Shown piece after piece: positions 61,879 to 64,000 of a DNA stretch of 64,000 bases (position 1 is its first letter; the number at the start of each line of letters is the position of its first letter). The position numbers and the translations under genes were made by a program. This DNA comes from Thalia democratica (taxonomy: Eukaryota), in assembly GCA_965202585.1 (NCBI GenBank), contig OZ241833.1, forward strand, positions 50,220,001 to 50,284,000. The letters are read 5' to 3'. Below the pieces are notes generated by a model. That model did no database searches. It was given only the letters and a program-made list of their open reading frames with translations, and was not told the origin of the DNA.

Positions 61879-63999
61879 TTATTTAAAGTAGAATCGTCGG
61901 TTATGGGGACAGATATTCGATAAATCTTGCCGCTTATTCAGAAGTAGGTCTTTATCTTCTGCTGCAATTACTGCTCTTTCTGTATTGCAAGTTGGGCAAA
62001 TTCTACTTACTCCGTTGGATGTATGTTTTATCTTTGAAACAATACTCCACTCCATGTTTGGCCTTTTACCGTACCTGTGAAAAAAGCTCCAGACATAATC
62101 CGATAAACGCGTGCTTTGTTTTTTATTTATATTTTTAAAAGTATGTTTATGATTAGCATATCTATCCTTGAAACTACCTGCTGTACTTCCGATATAAATT
62201 TTATCTGGGCCCTTACTTTCAACTTTAACTTTATAAATTACATTTTTAATTAAGCAATTACCTTTTAATGGGCAGTTATCTTTGTTTAATTTACGGCAAT
62301 TACATGTTTTAGGCATATTACTTAACTTATTACTATTAGGGTTAGCTGGTTTTGAATATTTATTTATAGTTTTATTGTTATGCATTTTGCTTATACTTTT
62401 AGCGCTATTATCACTTACTTGTTCTAAGTTTTCTTTTATCATTTTAGAAATACTTCTAGTTATACGTTGATTATTATAATCTACATTATTGTTAGTATTA
62501 TTGATATCGATATTTTCATTATCATTAATATTAAAGTTATCATTATAGCTTATATCTTTAATGTTTAAAGTTTTAATATGTTTTACATTATTGTTACCAT
62601 AATTAAAATTTTTACTATTAGGATTATTATTATTATTACTGTTATTAAAATTATTATTATTATTATTATTACTATTATTATTAATTTGATTAGTATAATT
62701 AGAAATATTGTTCATATCTACGTTATTACTAACTTTATTACTGGAGTTATTATTTGTATTAGCTTTGATATGTCTATTTTTAAAATTTGAAATTACTGTT
62801 TTGTTGTGCGATTGTATTAAAGTTTTAACATTACTCATGCAACTATAAGAAATTTTAACTGTCTTTCTATTAAAAATTTTGTTATAAAAGTGGCTATCGG
62901 GGAAGTGTTTATCGACTAGCTTTAAAAATTCTTTACCTAAGTTTATATTAACTGAAGAGCAATATGGAGGATTATACCACATTATATGTCGGTTACGCGG
63001 TTTTTTGCGTTTTTTATCTACATCTAATTTTTCATACTTTAATTTACATTTAAAACCTCGATTTTTTAATTCATTTTCGTACGGTGCTTTTATTTCGTTA
63101 AATATCTTTTCGTTCGAAGAGAGGGTACTTAGACGTTTTTGTGTCATTACCGGGAGGCATTTTTTTACATGGTAAGGGTGGTCAGAATTAATATTGATAA
63201 AGTTTAATAAAGAATTCGGTTTACGGTACGGACGGTAAGTATTATTAGATAAATTTAAAGTAACATCTAAAAAATTCGTTATTTGCGCTCCTATTTCTAA
63301 AGTTATTTTAAAACCGATATCAGACATCAATCTAAACGTTGACTTTTTAATTTTTTCGTAAACAAGAGGTTTTGAAAGATCAATAACACCGAGTCCATCA
63401 TCTCTATACAACCCACAATTATCAAAAATACTTTTGAGTTTATCTAGGATGTATAAGCCTACAAGATCGCATACCTCCGCTCCATGAAAACTACCCATTG
63501 GTATATCAAAAAAACTATCGGTATCATTTTTCTTCCATACATCATCACCCGAAAAAAGCAAAGAGTCGCACGAATGGAATATAATGTCTGTATCAGATTT
63601 ATTAAAATTAGAAAATTGGGATGCATAATCTAGTGCGTTAATTAAGTGCGCTTTCGTAATAGACGGGTAAAATTCGACGATATCAAAGCTAATAAAACGC
63701 TTACTACTTTTATTGTTAATATTATTAAACCATTGTAATAGTTCACCAGTGTTTTTCCATTGGATTAGACTAGTGGCTGTTCTTACGTCTTTAATTATAC
63801 TAGTTAAAATTTGTTTAGATATTTTACCAATATGCGTTTTACTTTTACTTATTAGTCTGCACTTGACTGTTGCAGGAAAATTATCTTTATGATCCTTTAC
63901 TGTTATATATGCTTGCGATCTTTCTAACTTAGGTATACGTTTACCAGTAATATTATTTTCATTTAAAAGTTCTTGTGCACGGGAGTCTATCGTATCAGC
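61879..63999 (-). CDS. PLE reverse transcriptase-endonuclease ORF, >700 aa, open to the window edge
   Basis: Manual translation of 63562-63999 shows no stop (..AYITVKDHKDNF..CRLISKSK..FISFDIVEFYPSI..). Downstream: PMGSFHGAEVCDLVG, GLYRDDGL, FLDVTL, WYNPPY, CNC..CPLKGNC, VIY..YIGST..FKDRYANH, CPTC..E. Confidence 0.92.
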   Translation of the reverse strand, partial: ADTIDSRAQELLNENNITGKRIPKLERSQAYITVKDHKDNFPATVKCRLISKSKTHIGKISKQILTSIIKDVRTATSLIQWKNTGELLQWFNNINNKSSKRFISFDIVEFYPSITKAHLINALDYASQFSNFNKSDTDIIFHSCDSLLFSGDDVWKKNDTDSFFDIPMGSFHGAEVCDLVGLYILDKLKSIFDNCGLYRDDGLGVIDLSKPLVYEKIKKSTFRLMSDIGFKITLEIGAQITNFLDVTLNLSNNTYRPYRKPNSLLNFININSDHPYHVKKCLPVMTQKRLSTLSSNEKIFNEIKAPYENELKNRGFKCKLKYEKLDVDKKRKKPRNRHIMWYNPPYCSSVNINLGKEFLKLVDKHFPDSHFYNKIFNRKTVKISYSCMSNVKTLIQSHNKTVISNFKNRHIKANTNNNSSNKVSNNVDMNNISNYTNQINNNSNNNNNNNFNNSNNNNNPNSKNFNYGNNNVKHIKTLNIKDISYNDNFNINDNENIDINNTNNNVDYNNQRITRSISKMIKENLEQVSDNSAKSISKMHNNKTINKYSKPANPNSNKLSNMPKTCNCRKLNKDNCPLKGNCLIKNVIYKVKVESKGPDKIYIGSTAGSFKDRYANHKHTFKNINKKQSTRLSDYVWSFFHRYGKRPNMEWSIVSKIKHTSNGVSRICPTCNTERAVIAAEDKDLLLNKRQDLSNICPHNRRFYFK
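62470..62780 (-). repeat. AAT/AAC-rich low-complexity tract encoding a poly-Asn linker
   Basis: attattatt runs at ~62625-62685 on the + strand; translation NNNSNNNNNNNFNNSNNNNN. Confidence 0.85.
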
Positions 64000-64000
64000 C

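Larger units (their letters stand above)
61879..64000 (-). mobile_element. Penelope-like retroelement (RT + C-terminal GIY-YIG endonuclease), 5' part outside the window
   Basis: Domain order RT, thumb, linker, GIY-YIG in one ORF; motifs fit PLE RTs rather than LTR or LINE RTs. Confidence 0.88.

Noticed and set aside
62282-62790. Hydrophobic + strand ORFs (62282-62470, 62578-62790)
   Set aside because: Antisense translation of the poly-Asn tract giving poly-Ile/Leu; an artefact.

Overview
AT-rich eukaryotic DNA, most likely animal (inferred from the Penelope-like element and base composition; the species cannot be fixed). (1) Positions 1-51735 are the right part of a head-to-tail tandem array that begins before the window. 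It has 30 units of ~1.48-1.51 kb, each carrying a broken or C-terminally truncated, intronless casein kinase 1 (CK1)-family gene. It also has 6 units of ~1.09 kb carrying only the last 32 codons of that gene. Units fall into near-identical blocks with several recombinant units. Only the last unit (50704-51707) keeps the whole kinase domain, and its 5' end is disrupted, so no copy in the window encodes a full-length kinase from its ATG. Junction sequences suggest an ancestral ~1.85-kb unit with a complete gene, from which two complementary deletion derivatives were amplified. (2) Positions ~51.7-61.3 kb are AT-rich, have no CDS I can support, and contain old degenerate repeats. (3) Positions 61879 to the window end (minus strand) hold an uninterrupted RT + C-terminal GIY-YIG ORF of a Penelope-like retroelement with a long Asn-rich linker. 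No rRNA, tRNA or CRISPR array was recognised.
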